Source of the DNA: Acholeplasmataceae bacterium
Lineage (GTDB): Bacteria; Bacillota_I; Bacilli_A; Acholeplasmatales; Acholeplasmataceae
Direction of reading: 5' to 3'
NCBI GenBank assembly: GCA_963667565.1
Contig: OY763415.1
Location: 64,001-128,000 of the forward strand
DNA length: 64,000 nucleotides
Shown here: piece by piece, positions 40,713 through 50,033 of the stretch
How the letters are laid out: the number at the start of each line of letters is the position of its first letter
Position numbering within the stretch: the stretch's first letter is position 1
Position numbers and translations under genes: made by a program
The notes under the pieces: generated by a model
What the model was told of the DNA's origin: nothing
Seen by the model: only the letters and a program-made list of their open reading frames with translations
Database searches by the model: none

Positions 40713-41897
40713 ATGGCAAAACAAAAATTCGAAAGAACTAAACCCCATGTTAACATTGGTACAATTGGCCACGTTGACCATGGTAAAACATCTTTAACAG
40801 CTGCTATCACTACAGTATTAGCTAAAAAAGGATTTGCTGAAGTTAAAGACTATGCATCAATTGATAGTGCACCAGAAGAAAAAGAACGCGGTATTACAAT
40901 TAATACTGCACACGTAGAATACCAAACTGAAGCTCGCCACTACGCTCACGTAGACTGCCCAGGTCATGCTGACTATGTCAAAAACATGATTACAGGTGCT
41001 GCTCAAATGGACGGTGCGATCTTAGTAGTATCTGCTGCAGACGGCCCTATGCCTCAAACAAGAGAACACATCTTATTATCAGGACAAGTAGGCGTTCCTA
41101 AGATGGTTGTATTCTTAAACAAATGTGACTTAGTCGATGATGATGAATTATTAGACTTAGTTGAAATGGAAGTACGTGAATTATTAACTGAATATGATTT
41201 CCCAGGAGATGATGTTCCAGTAATCCGTGGATCAGCTGTTGGTGCATTAAATGGTGATGAAAAATGGGTTAAATCAATTGAAGAATTAATGGATGCTGTA
41301 GATGCTTACATCGACACTCCAAAACGTGATACTGATAAACCATTCATGATGCCAGTTGAAGACGTATTCACAATTACAGGTCGTGGTACAGTTGCTACTG
41401 GACGTGTTGAACGTGGACAAGTTAGAGTTGGTGATCCAATTGAAATCGTTGGTATTACTGAAACTAAACAAACTGTTGTTACTGGTGTTGAAATGTTTAG
41501 AAAATTATTAGACTACGCAGAAGCTGGAGATAACATTGGTGCATTACTTCGTGGTGTTAACCGTGACCAAGTTGAACGTGGACAAGTATTAGCTAAACCT
41601 AAATCAGTTCACCCACACTTCAGATTTGAAGCACAAGTTTACGTATTATCAAAAGAAGAAGGTGGACGTCATACTGCATTCTTCTCAAACTATAGACCAC
41701 AATTCTATTTCACTACAACTGATATTACAGGTGTTATTACACTTCAAGAAGGTACTGAAATGGTTATGCCTGGTGATAATACTGTCATGACTGTAGAATT
41801 AATTCACCCAATCGCATTAGAAGAAGGAACTAAGTTCTCAATTCGCGAAGGTGGACGTACAGTTGGTGCTGGTTCAGTTACTAAGATTTTAGAATAG
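40713..41897 (+). CDS. tuf: Elongation factor Tu
   Basis: [28 protein letters not shown]. Confidence 0.99.
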   Translation: MAKQKFERTKPHVNIGTIGHVDHGKTSLTAAITTVLAKKGFAEVKDYASIDSAPEEKERGITINTAHVEYQTEARHYAHVDCPGHADYVKNMITGAAQMDGAILVVSAADGPMPQTREHILLSGQVGVPKMVVFLNKCDLVDDDELLDLVEMEVRELLTEYDFPGDDVPVIRGSAVGALNGDEKWVKSIEELMDAVDAYIDTPKRDTDKPFMMPVEDVFTITGRGTVATGRVERGQVRVGDPIEIVGITETKQTVVTGVEMFRKLLDYAEAGDNIGALLRGVNRDQVERGQVLAKPKSVHPHFRFEAQVYVLSKEEGGRHTAFFSNYRPQFYFTTTDITGVITLQEGTEMVMPGDNTVMTVELIHPIALEEGTKFSIREGGRTVGAGSVTKILE

Positions 41898-41914
41898 TAT
41901 CTAAAATGACATAT

Positions 41915-41942
41915 AAAGCATAGCGAAAGCTGTGCTTTTTTT
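41915..41942 (+). terminator. Terminator after tuf
   Basis: aaagcatagc-gaaa-gctgtgcttt plus T-run. Confidence 0.85.
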
Positions 41943-42015
41943 GTTTGTGTAAATTTATGTGTGAAAAAAGCATGAATGAACTTTCTATGTTAAAATAACA
42001 TAGAGGTATATTGAT

Positions 42016-42786
42016 ATGATAGATACACATTGCCATATAAACGCTGATGCTTTTAAAGATGATGAAGATATAGTCATTAAAGAAGCGTTTGAATCAGGTA
42101 TAAAAAAAATGATTGTGATTGGATTTGATGATGAGACCAATCAAAAAGCCATTGAATTAGCAGAAAAATATGATCAGATTTATGCTACTGTTGGTATTCA
42201 TCCAACAGAGGCACACCAAGCAACAACGAAACATTTAGAATCATTATTAAAACATGATAAAGTGGTTGCAGTTGGTGAGTGTGGTACGGATCTTTACTGG
42301 GAAAAAGCATATTTGAAAGAACAACAAAAGATATTAAGAGAACAAGTATTGTTATCCATTAAATATGAATTACCACTTGTGATTCACACCAGAGATTCTT
42401 TTGATGAAGCATTTGATATCATTAAAGACTACAAAGGTCAAGTTAAAGGTGTGTTCCATTGTTTTTCATCACATTTAGAGGATGCAAAACGTGCCATAGA
42501 TTTAGGGTTTTATATTGGTATTGATGGACCGGTGACATTTAAGAATGCTAAAGACATCAAAGATATAGCAAAGCATATACCACTTGATAAAATACTTATA
42601 GAAACGGATAGTCCATATTTAAGCCCGCATCCGTATAGAGGAAAAAGGAACGAGCCTAAATATTTACATTTAATTGCAGAATCTATTGCAGCACTTAGGG
42701 GAATTGATGTGAGTGAAGTTATTGTTCAAACAACTAAGAATGCAGAAACATTATTTAAATTGGGAGAGAAAACGTATGAAAATTAA
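42016..42786 (+). CDS. tatD: TatD-family hydrolase
   Basis: IDTHCH, GIHP, GECG, IHTR, FHCF, ETDSPYL. Confidence 0.93.
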   Translation: MIDTHCHINADAFKDDEDIVIKEAFESGIKKMIVIGFDDETNQKAIELAEKYDQIYATVGIHPTEAHQATTKHLESLLKHDKVVAVGECGTDLYWEKAYLKEQQKILREQVLLSIKYELPLVIHTRDSFDEAFDIIKDYKGQVKGVFHCFSSHLEDAKRAIDLGFYIGIDGPVTFKNAKDIKDIAKHIPLDKILIETDSPYLSPHPYRGKRNEPKYLHLIAESIAALRGIDVSEVIVQTTKNAETLFKLGEKTYEN

Positions 42787-44548
42787 AAAAATAGCAATCG
42801 CTTTGGTTGTATTTCTAGTTTCAATCACACTTGCGAGTTGTAATTGGAATATAAGTGCAGATACTAATTATGAATCACCTAGTGATTATGAATCAACAAG
42901 AATTGAAATGATTCAAAATGTGATTGGTTCTGTCGTTGTTGTTGAAACATCATCAGGATATGGATCAGGTATTATTTTTAATGAGGTTACCGTGAATGAA
43001 GTGACTGGTGTTAAAAAGTATGCCATCTTAACTGCATATTCTGTCGTAGATTTAGTAAACCCTACAGATATGCACGTCGTCCTAGCATCTGGTATGTCAT
43101 ATCCAGTGACAGAAGCACTTGGAGATCAAGACTATGAAGTTGGAGTTGTCTATATTGAAACTTCTCAAAATTTAGATGTTTATCAAATTGAACAACTTAA
43201 TGGATCATCGATGGTAGAACTTAATCAAGGTGAAGATTTATATGCGATTGGAACACCTTATCAATACACAATGTTTAATTATGTGTCACAAGGTATTTTA
43301 GGTTTAACTTCACTTGATCGAAATGATATTACAGGTTTAGTCTTTATGCATAGTGCAGAAACCAATCCAGGTATGGAAGGTGCACCCATATTTAATCTTA
43401 GTGGTCAATTATTAGGTATTCAATTAACGAAATTATACATGACAAGTGAAGCAGCAGATGCTGTACCGACTGAAGGTATTAATTATGCACTTAACATGAA
43501 TGTGATTGCTCCCATACTATTAAACCTTGATACTACACTTCAAACTTCTTATGAAGGTCCTACACTAATGTCTGTAAATAGTGATAGCAATTATAATGAT
43601 ATTGCACAACAAATGATCCAAACTGTCAGCCCATCGGTTGTATCAGTCATTGGATCTGTTGGTTTAGGTTCAGGTATCGTCTTCGATAAAGAAACATTAG
43701 AAGATGGAAGTTTTCGTTACTATATATTAACAAATAATCATGTGGTTAGCGATAATGAAGAAGTTAGAATAAAGTTTAGTGAAACAGAAAGTGAATACGC
43801 AGTTAAAGATTATCAAACAAACGAAAATTATGATATTGCAGTGTTAAGAGTTGATACTGATCAAGAATTACCTGTTTATGATATTCCACCAATTACAAAA
43901 AATGAATATGTGGATATGGTCGTAGGTCAAGATGTATATGCTGTTGGTACACCACTTAGTGTCCTTTATCATAATTATGTCACTCAAGGTGTGATCAGTG
44001 TCCTTGATTATACATATCGTGGTATTTATCAATTAGGTATTGTCCATGATGCAGAAATCAATCCTGGAAATAGTGGTGGACCACTATTTAATTTAAATGG
44101 TGATGTCATTGGAGTTAACGTTGCAAAAGTTGTTAATTTAAGCGATGGCACAAAAACTGTTTATGCAGAAGGCTTGAATTATAGTTTAAATATTAATGTT
44201 GTATCTCAAGCCGTTAGAAATTTTACATCAGATGGATGGACTGAAATGTTAAGAAGTCCCAAACTTGGTGTAACAGTTGTTGATTACAGTAGTAACTATG
44301 ATCTATATCCAATCAGTTATAATGATGGTGTTTTAGTTACAGGTTTTGATTATACAAGAAAAGCATACTTAGGTCTAGAATCATATGATCTTATCGTTGG
44401 AATTGATGGATTAACTGTGCATACAACAGCTGATTTAGTACAAGGCTTAAGTGGCAAAACATTTGGTGATTCAGTGACTTTAAATATTGTGAGATATGAT
44501 GAATTAGGACATATCTTAACCATGACTGTTGAGGTCGTTTTATCATGA
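42776..44548 (+). CDS. HtrA-like lipoprotein: degenerate trypsin domain, active trypsin domain and PDZ
   Basis: LASC lipobox; second domain has TNNHV, DIAV, INPGNSGGPL; C-terminal PDZ-like. Confidence 0.85.
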   Translation: MKIKKIAIALVVFLVSITLASCNWNISADTNYESPSDYESTRIEMIQNVIGSVVVVETSSGYGSGIIFNEVTVNEVTGVKKYAILTAYSVVDLVNPTDMHVVLASGMSYPVTEALGDQDYEVGVVYIETSQNLDVYQIEQLNGSSMVELNQGEDLYAIGTPYQYTMFNYVSQGILGLTSLDRNDITGLVFMHSAETNPGMEGAPIFNLSGQLLGIQLTKLYMTSEAADAVPTEGINYALNMNVIAPILLNLDTTLQTSYEGPTLMSVNSDSNYNDIAQQMIQTVSPSVVSVIGSVGLGSGIVFDKETLEDGSFRYYILTNNHVVSDNEEVRIKFSETESEYAVKDYQTNENYDIAVLRVDTDQELPVYDIPPITKNEYVDMVVGQDVYAVGTPLSVLYHNYVTQGVISVLDYTYRGIYQLGIVHDAEINPGNSGGPLFNLNGDVIGVNVAKVVNLSDGTKTVYAEGLNYSLNINVVSQAVRNFTSDGWTEMLRSPKLGVTVVDYSSNYDLYPISYNDGVLVTGFDYTRKAYLGLESYDLIVGIDGLTVHTTADLVQGLSGKTFGDSVTLNIVRYDELGHILTMTVEVVLS

Positions 44549-45012
44549 TTGATCATGTGATTGAGTTATTAAAAGATAATGGCTTAACAATCGCATTTGC
44601 AGAGAGTATGACTGGTGGATTATTATCATCAAAAATGACTGAAATCGCCGGTGTTTCTAAAGTTTATAAAGGTGCAGTTGTAGCCTATACAAACGAGATA
44701 AAAAATAGCATACTATATATTGATCATAAAGACATTGAAACCTATGGTGTTGTCTCATCTGAAATCGCAATCAACATGGCGAAGTCTGTTATAAAGTTAT
44801 TTAATACTGATGTTGCAGTAGGGATTACAGGAGATGCTGGACCCACACTACAAAAAGATAGCACCAAAAAAATGGTTTATGTTGCGATATGTACTAAAGA
44901 CAGATGTGAAACTTTCCATCTCTCTTTTGACAAAGAATCAAGAGTTGAAGCACAACAACTAACCGTGCAAAAGACCATTGAAAAATTAGAACTTTTCATA
45001 TCAAATATTTAG
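44545..45012 (+). CDS. CinA C-terminal domain / NMN deamidase (PncC-like)
   Basis: AESMTGG, AYTNEIK, YGVVS, ITGDAGP. Confidence 0.88.
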   Translation: MIDHVIELLKDNGLTIAFAESMTGGLLSSKMTEIAGVSKVYKGAVVAYTNEIKNSILYIDHKDIETYGVVSSEIAINMAKSVIKLFNTDVAVGITGDAGPTLQKDSTKKMVYVAICTKDRCETFHLSFDKESRVEAQQLTVQKTIEKLELFISNI

Positions 45013-45069
45013 GACATTTTGTTGTAAAAGCACATTATATATGATATAATGACTTGGCGTAAAGATATA

Positions 45070-45110
45070 TCCTTGTCTTATCGTAGGTAAGACCAAAGAC
45101 CAAAAGGAGG
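45070..45110 (+). promoter_or_regulatory. S6:S18 leader-like structure
   Basis: tcctt pairs with aagga of the RBS; inner gtctta/taagac hairpin; CCA motifs on the 3' side. Confidence 0.6.
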
Positions 45111-45117
45111 TGGAAAG

Positions 45118-45405
45118 ATGAAAAAGTACGAAGTTATGTATATCATCCGTCCAACTGTTGAAAGTGAGAGCATTAAAGGTATTGTTAATAATTTTACAGA
45201 AATATTTGCAAATTATAACAGTCAAGTTCTCGAACTCAAAGAGTTAGGACTTAAAGATTTAGCATACGAAATTCAACATTTCAACAAAGGTTACTATGTA
45301 TGGTTACTTGTTGACGCTACACCAGAAGCGATTGCTGAATTTAATCGTGTTGTACGAATTACTGAAGAAGTTCTTCGTTACATTGTTGTAAAGGAAGGCG
45401 AATAA
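45118..45405 (+). CDS. rpsF: 30S ribosomal protein S6
   Basis: [18 protein letters not shown]. Confidence 0.97.
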   Translation: MKKYEVMYIIRPTVESESIKGIVNNFTEIFANYNSQVLELKELGLKDLAYEIQHFNKGYYVWLLVDATPEAIAEFNRVVRITEEVLRYIVVKEGE

Positions 45406-45406
45406 T

Positions 45407-45841
45407 ATGATTAATCGTGTTATCCTAGTTGGACGCATCACAAAAGATCCAGAACTTAAAGTGACTCAGTCAAACATTTCGTTTGTAAATTTTACGCTGG
45501 CTGTTAATCGTCAATTTACGGATCAATCAGGTGATCGCCAAGCAGATTTTATACAATGTATCGTATGGCGTAAACAAGCAGATAATTTAGCGCAATACAT
45601 TAAAAAAGGCGCATTATTAGGTGTTGAAGGTAGAATCCAAACACGCACCTATGAAGCTGAAACAGGCACAAGATACATTACCGAAGTTGTTTGTGACACT
45701 GTCCAATTTTTAGAAAATAAAACAGACAACAATAGTGGTTATTCAGGATATAATGAACAACCTAGTGTTTCAAACGACGATAGCGATGAGTTTTATGAAA
45801 CAAGTAAACAACTCGCTGCTGAAGAAGATTTACCATTCTAA
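45407..45841 (+). CDS. ssb: Single-stranded DNA-binding protein
   Basis: [17 protein letters not shown]-terminal DLPF. Confidence 0.97.
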   Translation: MINRVILVGRITKDPELKVTQSNISFVNFTLAVNRQFTDQSGDRQADFIQCIVWRKQADNLAQYIKKGALLGVEGRIQTRTYEAETGTRYITEVVCDTVQFLENKTDNNSGYSGYNEQPSVSNDDSDEFYETSKQLAAEEDLPF

Positions 45842-45855
45842 GGAGGAAACCAAGT

Positions 45856-46092
45856 ATGAACAATAACAGACGTGGTGGCTTTAAGAGACGTAAAAAAGTA
45901 TGTTACTTCACTCAAAACAAAGTTGAACATATCGATTTCAAAGATGTTGAATTATTAAAAAGATTTATCACAGATCGCGGTAAAATTTTACCAAGACGTG
46001 TGACAGGAACATCAGCTAAATGGCAACGCCCATTAGCAATTGCAATCAAACGTGCTCGTCACATGGCATTACTACCATTCGTTAAAGAGTAA
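45856..46092 (+). CDS. rpsR: 30S ribosomal protein S18
   Basis: [21 protein letters not shown]. Confidence 0.98.
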   Translation: MNNNRRGGFKRRKKVCYFTQNKVEHIDFKDVELLKRFITDRGKILPRRVTGTSAKWQRPLAIAIKRARHMALLPFVKE

Positions 46093-46095
46093 TTT

Positions 46096-46120
46096 AAAAA
46101 CTGCATTTGATGCAGTTTTT
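46096..46120 (+). terminator. Terminator after rpsR
   Basis: aaaaactgca-tttga-tgcagttttt. Confidence 0.75.
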
Positions 46121-46196
46121 CTTTTATATAGATGTATGATAATCAATTGAAAAACATTCATATTATTGATATAATATGATAGAAGTAGGTGACCAT

Positions 46197-48629
46197 ATGA
46201 AAAGATGGATATTTATCGTCGTTGCAGTCTTGTTAGCAGCAATCGGCATTTATTTATATTTACCACATTTTGTTTTAGATAATCCAACTGAATTATACGC
46301 GATGATTACACTCGCTTTGGCGATTGTTTTTCTCTTTGTTCAAATATCAATTTGGATCAATCAAAAAGCCCATCAAAAGATTTCAACACTTCAAAACAGA
46401 TTAACTATGTGGTCAAAACTTTCATATCATATATCTCAAGCAGGCGATGAAATATTTAATGAACTTCCTATTGGGATGCTTGCTGTTGATGAAAAGATGG
46501 AAATTAAATGGTCTAATCCCCATGCACAATCCATTTTTGGTCATAAAATTAATACGAAAAATTTAAGTGATATTCATGAAAAAATGTTTGATCTTGCGAC
46601 GCAAGGTAAAACTGAATTTTTAATTGAACATGAAGACAAATATTATGATGTTACTTTTAGACCTGACTATCGTTTCTTCTATTTATTTGAAGCAACGTTA
46701 AGAGAAAATGTCTTAAAACAATATCAAGATCAAATACCAGCACTTGGATTGGTTTTTCTTGATAATTTAGATGAAGCGATTGCAGTCTTAGATGTTTCAT
46801 TGCAATCAGCTATTAAAGGTGACTATTTAGCAGCAATCAATGACTGGGCAGGTCAATATGATTGTTATGTTAAACCATTTGCTGATGAAAAAATATTATT
46901 ATTAACGGATAGAAAAAACTTAAATTTAATGATTGAAAATAAATTTGATTTACTCGATAAAGTAAGAAAAATATCTGCTGATCAAAAGGTAAGAGTCTCA
47001 ATTTCAATGGGGATTGCTTCGTGGGATATTGCATATGAAGAAATTGGTGTTTATGCACAAAATGCAGTTGAACTTGCTGAAAAGCGTGGCGGGGATCAAG
47101 TTGTTGTCAATATCCAAGACCAAAAGATTGCATATTTTGGAGCTAAAAGTGATGCATCTATTAAAAACTCTAGAGTTGGTGTAAGAATTAATGCACAAAC
47201 AGTTAAAGACTTTATTGAAAAATCTTCAGAAGTTTTTGTGATGGCTCATCATTTAGCAGATATGGATGCTTTTGGTGCGATGCTTGCTTGTTATCATATG
47301 GCAAAAGCATCAAGAAAAAAAGTGAAACTAGTCGTAGATATTGAAAAACTAGATCAAACTGTTCAAAAAGTATTAGATCTTGTTAAAGATCAAATCCCAG
47401 AAGTTGTCTCTAGTATGGTCGTAAGTAGTGATGCTTTAGAAGATATTAAAGAACAAAGTTTATTAATTGTTGTTGATTCACAATCTCCACGAATTGTCAT
47501 GGTTCCGGAATTGTTAGAAAAAACCGAAAATGTGATTGTTATTGATCACCATAGAGCTGGTGAAGAAAGATTTAATGCGATTTTCTCAATCATTGAACCT
47601 TCTGCAAGCTCTTCAATAGAACTCATGATTGAACTTCTTGATTTTTATAGTATGGATGAAGAAACAAAAATCACACCAATTGAAGCATCAATTATGTATG
47701 GTGGTTTAATTGTTGATACATCTAATTTTGTTTATAGAACATCTTCAAGAACATTTGAAGTTGCCTCTAAATTAAAAGATTTAGGTGCAGACTCAACACT
47801 TGTTAAGACTTGGTTAAGAAGAGATATGATTCGCATTATGGAAATCAATAAATTACTTGATCAAATGGAAGTTGTTTTAAGCAGATTTGCATTTATGGTG
47901 ACACCAGATATTTATGAAGATCGTGTATTACTTGCACAAGTTTCAGATGCAGCACTAGAAATCAATGGCATTGATGCAGCATTTACCATTGCCAGAATGG
48001 ATGAAAATACAGTTGCAGTTTCTGCAAGAAGCATCCATGATGTCAATGTTCAATTATTAATGGAAATGATTGGTGGCGGTGGACACTTTGGAAGTGCAGC
48101 TGCACAAATCAAGGAAACTTCAATTCAAGAAGTTTATGAAAATTTAAAGATGTATGTAGAATTAGAGTATGGTGGAGGCGAAAAAATGAAAGTTATTTTA
48201 ACAACTGATGTTAAAGGCAAAGGAAAGAAAGACGATATTTTAGAAGTCGCAAATGGATATGGTCAATTCTTAATTACACAAAAGAAAGCTTTAGTCGCTA
48301 ATGATGATAATTTAGCAGATTTAGAAGCTGAACAACAAAAACAAAAAGAAGCTGAACAACGTCACTTAGATTTAATGAAAAAATTAAAATCTGAGATTGA
48401 TGGTAAACAAGTTGTATTAGAAATACAAATTGGTAAAGATGGAAAACAATTTGGAAGTATAACAACCAAACAAATTGCTGAAGCATTTCAAGCAACGCAT
48501 GGTATACTTATAGATAAGAAAAAACTTGAATTACAAAGTGAAATTAATTCTATTGGTATCTATACTGCATTTGTTTCACTTCATAAAGATATAAAGGCAC
48601 AATTCGAAGTTAAAGTTATAGAAAAGTAG
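46197..48629 (+). CDS. gdpP: GdpP-type c-di-AMP phosphodiesterase fused in frame to ribosomal protein L9
   Basis: 2 TM, PAS-like, GGDQV, DMDA, DHH, GGGGH; continues without a stop into L9. Confidence 0.88.
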   Translation: MKRWIFIVVAVLLAAIGIYLYLPHFVLDNPTELYAMITLALAIVFLFVQISIWINQKAHQKISTLQNRLTMWSKLSYHISQAGDEIFNELPIGMLAVDEKMEIKWSNPHAQSIFGHKINTKNLSDIHEKMFDLATQGKTEFLIEHEDKYYDVTFRPDYRFFYLFEATLRENVLKQYQDQIPALGLVFLDNLDEAIAVLDVSLQSAIKGDYLAAINDWAGQYDCYVKPFADEKILLLTDRKNLNLMIENKFDLLDKVRKISADQKVRVSISMGIASWDIAYEEIGVYAQNAVELAEKRGGDQVVVNIQDQKIAYFGAKSDASIKNSRVGVRINAQTVKDFIEKSSEVFVMAHHLADMDAFGAMLACYHMAKASRKKVKLVVDIEKLDQTVQKVLDLVKDQIPEVVSSMVVSSDALEDIKEQSLLIVVDSQSPRIVMVPELLEKTENVIVIDHHRAGEERFNAIFSIIEPSASSSIELMIELLDFYSMDEETKITPIEASIMYGGLIVDTSNFVYRTSSRTFEVASKLKDLGADSTLVKTWLRRDMIRIMEINKLLDQMEVVLSRFAFMVTPDIYEDRVLLAQVSDAALEINGIDAAFTIARMDENTVAVSARSIHDVNVQLLMEMIGGGGHFGSAAAQIKETSIQEVYENLKMYVELEYGGGEKMKVILTTDVKGKGKKDDILEVANGYGQFLITQKKALVANDDNLADLEAEQQKQKEAEQRHLDLMKKLKSEIDGKQVVLEIQIGKDGKQFGSITTKQIAEAFQATHGILIDKKKLELQSEINSIGIYTAFVSLHKDIKAQFEVKVIEK
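48186..48629 (+). CDS. rplI: 50S ribosomal protein L9 moiety (possible internal start)
   Basis: MKVILTTDVKGKGKK...VANGYG, FGSITTKQIA; GGAGG 7 nt upstream of the ATG. Confidence 0.88.
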   Translation: MKVILTTDVKGKGKKDDILEVANGYGQFLITQKKALVANDDNLADLEAEQQKQKEAEQRHLDLMKKLKSEIDGKQVVLEIQIGKDGKQFGSITTKQIAEAFQATHGILIDKKKLELQSEINSIGIYTAFVSLHKDIKAQFEVKVIEK

Positions 48630-48638
48630 GTATGTGAT

Positions 48639-50000
48639 ATGGCTAAAGTGTTACCTTATCATCAAGAAGCTGAACAATCGGTTTTAGGATCCATATTTTT
48701 AAATCCAAAAGAGATTGTTACAGTCATTGATCAATTAACTGAAGATGATTTCTTTGAGCAAGGTCACGTCCTTATTTATAAAGCGATGAGAGATTTATTC
48801 GATGAAAATCTAAATATTGACTACGCCAGTGTTGCAGCAAGACTTGAACAAACACAAAGTTTGGAAAAGGCTGGTGGACGTAAATATTTATTATTACTTG
48901 CAGAAATGGTACCCTCTATTGATCACCTAGAAACATATATTGATTTGGTGAAAGACGGCTCATTAAAGCGACAAGTGATTAAACTTGCAAGTGATATTGT
49001 TGAAGATGGATTCAAAAAAGATGAAATGGCATTTGAATATATCACAAGAGCTGAAGAAGAAATATTCGCATTAGCTCAAAAGAGAAAAACAAGTGCATTT
49101 TCTAAAATTGATCATGTGATTCAATTAGTCAAAGAAAAAACTGAACTTAATAGAAATAAAAAAGGTGGTATTACTGGTTTAAGTACTGGTTTTGCTGAAT
49201 TCGATAAATTATCAGCTGGATTACAGAATGAAGAACTCATTATTTTAGCAGCTAGACCTTCAATGGGTAAATCTGCTTTTGCGATGAATTTAGCGATTAA
49301 TATTGCTAAAAAGAATCATGAAGGAAAAGCTGGCGTTGCTATTTTCTCATTAGAAATGAGTAACGATCAATTAGCTGCAAGAATGTTAAGTGCTGAGTCT
49401 AATGTTGAAAACTCTAAAATTAAGAGTGGGCATTTAACTGCTCCTGAATGGCAACATATGGAAGGTGGTATTCAAACATTATCACTTCTTCAAATATTCT
49501 TTGATGATTCAGCAGCAGTGACAGTTGCAGATATTAGAGCGAAATGTCGTAAATTAAAACAAGAAGGTAAATTAGATTTTGTTGTCATTGACTACCTACA
49601 GTTAATTAAAGGTGATACTAGAAGCGGAAATCGTCAAGAAGAAGTTGCTAAAATTTCTAGAAGTTTAAAAGAAATGGCAAGAGAATTAAAAATTCCTGTA
49701 TTAGCATTATCACAATTATCTCGTGATGTTGAAAAGCGTGAAGATAAGCGACCTGTATTAGCAGATTTACGTGAATCAGGTAGTATTGAACAAGATGCCG
49801 ATATTGTCATGTTCTTATATAGAAATGATTATTATACAAGAGATGTCGAAAAGAAGACAGGTGATGTAGAATTGATCATTGCTAAAAACAGACAAGGTGC
49901 AGCTGGTATTATGTTACCATTTAGATTTGATACTGAATTCTCAAGATTCCTATCGAAAGAAGAAAGAGAAGATTCATCATACGAAGCGTATAGAGATTAA
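48639..50000 (+). CDS. dnaB: Replicative DNA helicase
   Basis: AARPSMGKS, FSLEM, IDYLQL, DLRESGSIEQDAD. Confidence 0.97.
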   Translation: MAKVLPYHQEAEQSVLGSIFLNPKEIVTVIDQLTEDDFFEQGHVLIYKAMRDLFDENLNIDYASVAARLEQTQSLEKAGGRKYLLLLAEMVPSIDHLETYIDLVKDGSLKRQVIKLASDIVEDGFKKDEMAFEYITRAEEEIFALAQKRKTSAFSKIDHVIQLVKEKTELNRNKKGGITGLSTGFAEFDKLSAGLQNEELIILAARPSMGKSAFAMNLAINIAKKNHEGKAGVAIFSLEMSNDQLAARMLSAESNVENSKIKSGHLTAPEWQHMEGGIQTLSLLQIFFDDSAAVTVADIRAKCRKLKQEGKLDFVVIDYLQLIKGDTRSGNRQEEVAKISRSLKEMARELKIPVLALSQLSRDVEKREDKRPVLADLRESGSIEQDADIVMFLYRNDYYTRDVEKKTGDVELIIAKNRQGAAGIMLPFRFDTEFSRFLSKEEREDSSYEAYRD

Positions 50001-50004
50001 ATAT

Positions 50005-50033
50005 AAAATCCACTCATTGAGTGGATTTTTTTT
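50005..50033. terminator. Bidirectional terminator
   Basis: aaaatccactca-t-tgagtggatttt. Confidence 0.75.

Noticed and set aside
27915..50033. Similar CCACTC/GAGTGG stems after pepF and dnaB as a repeat family
   Set aside because: Only a 6-7 bp shared stem; adequately explained as ordinary terminators.
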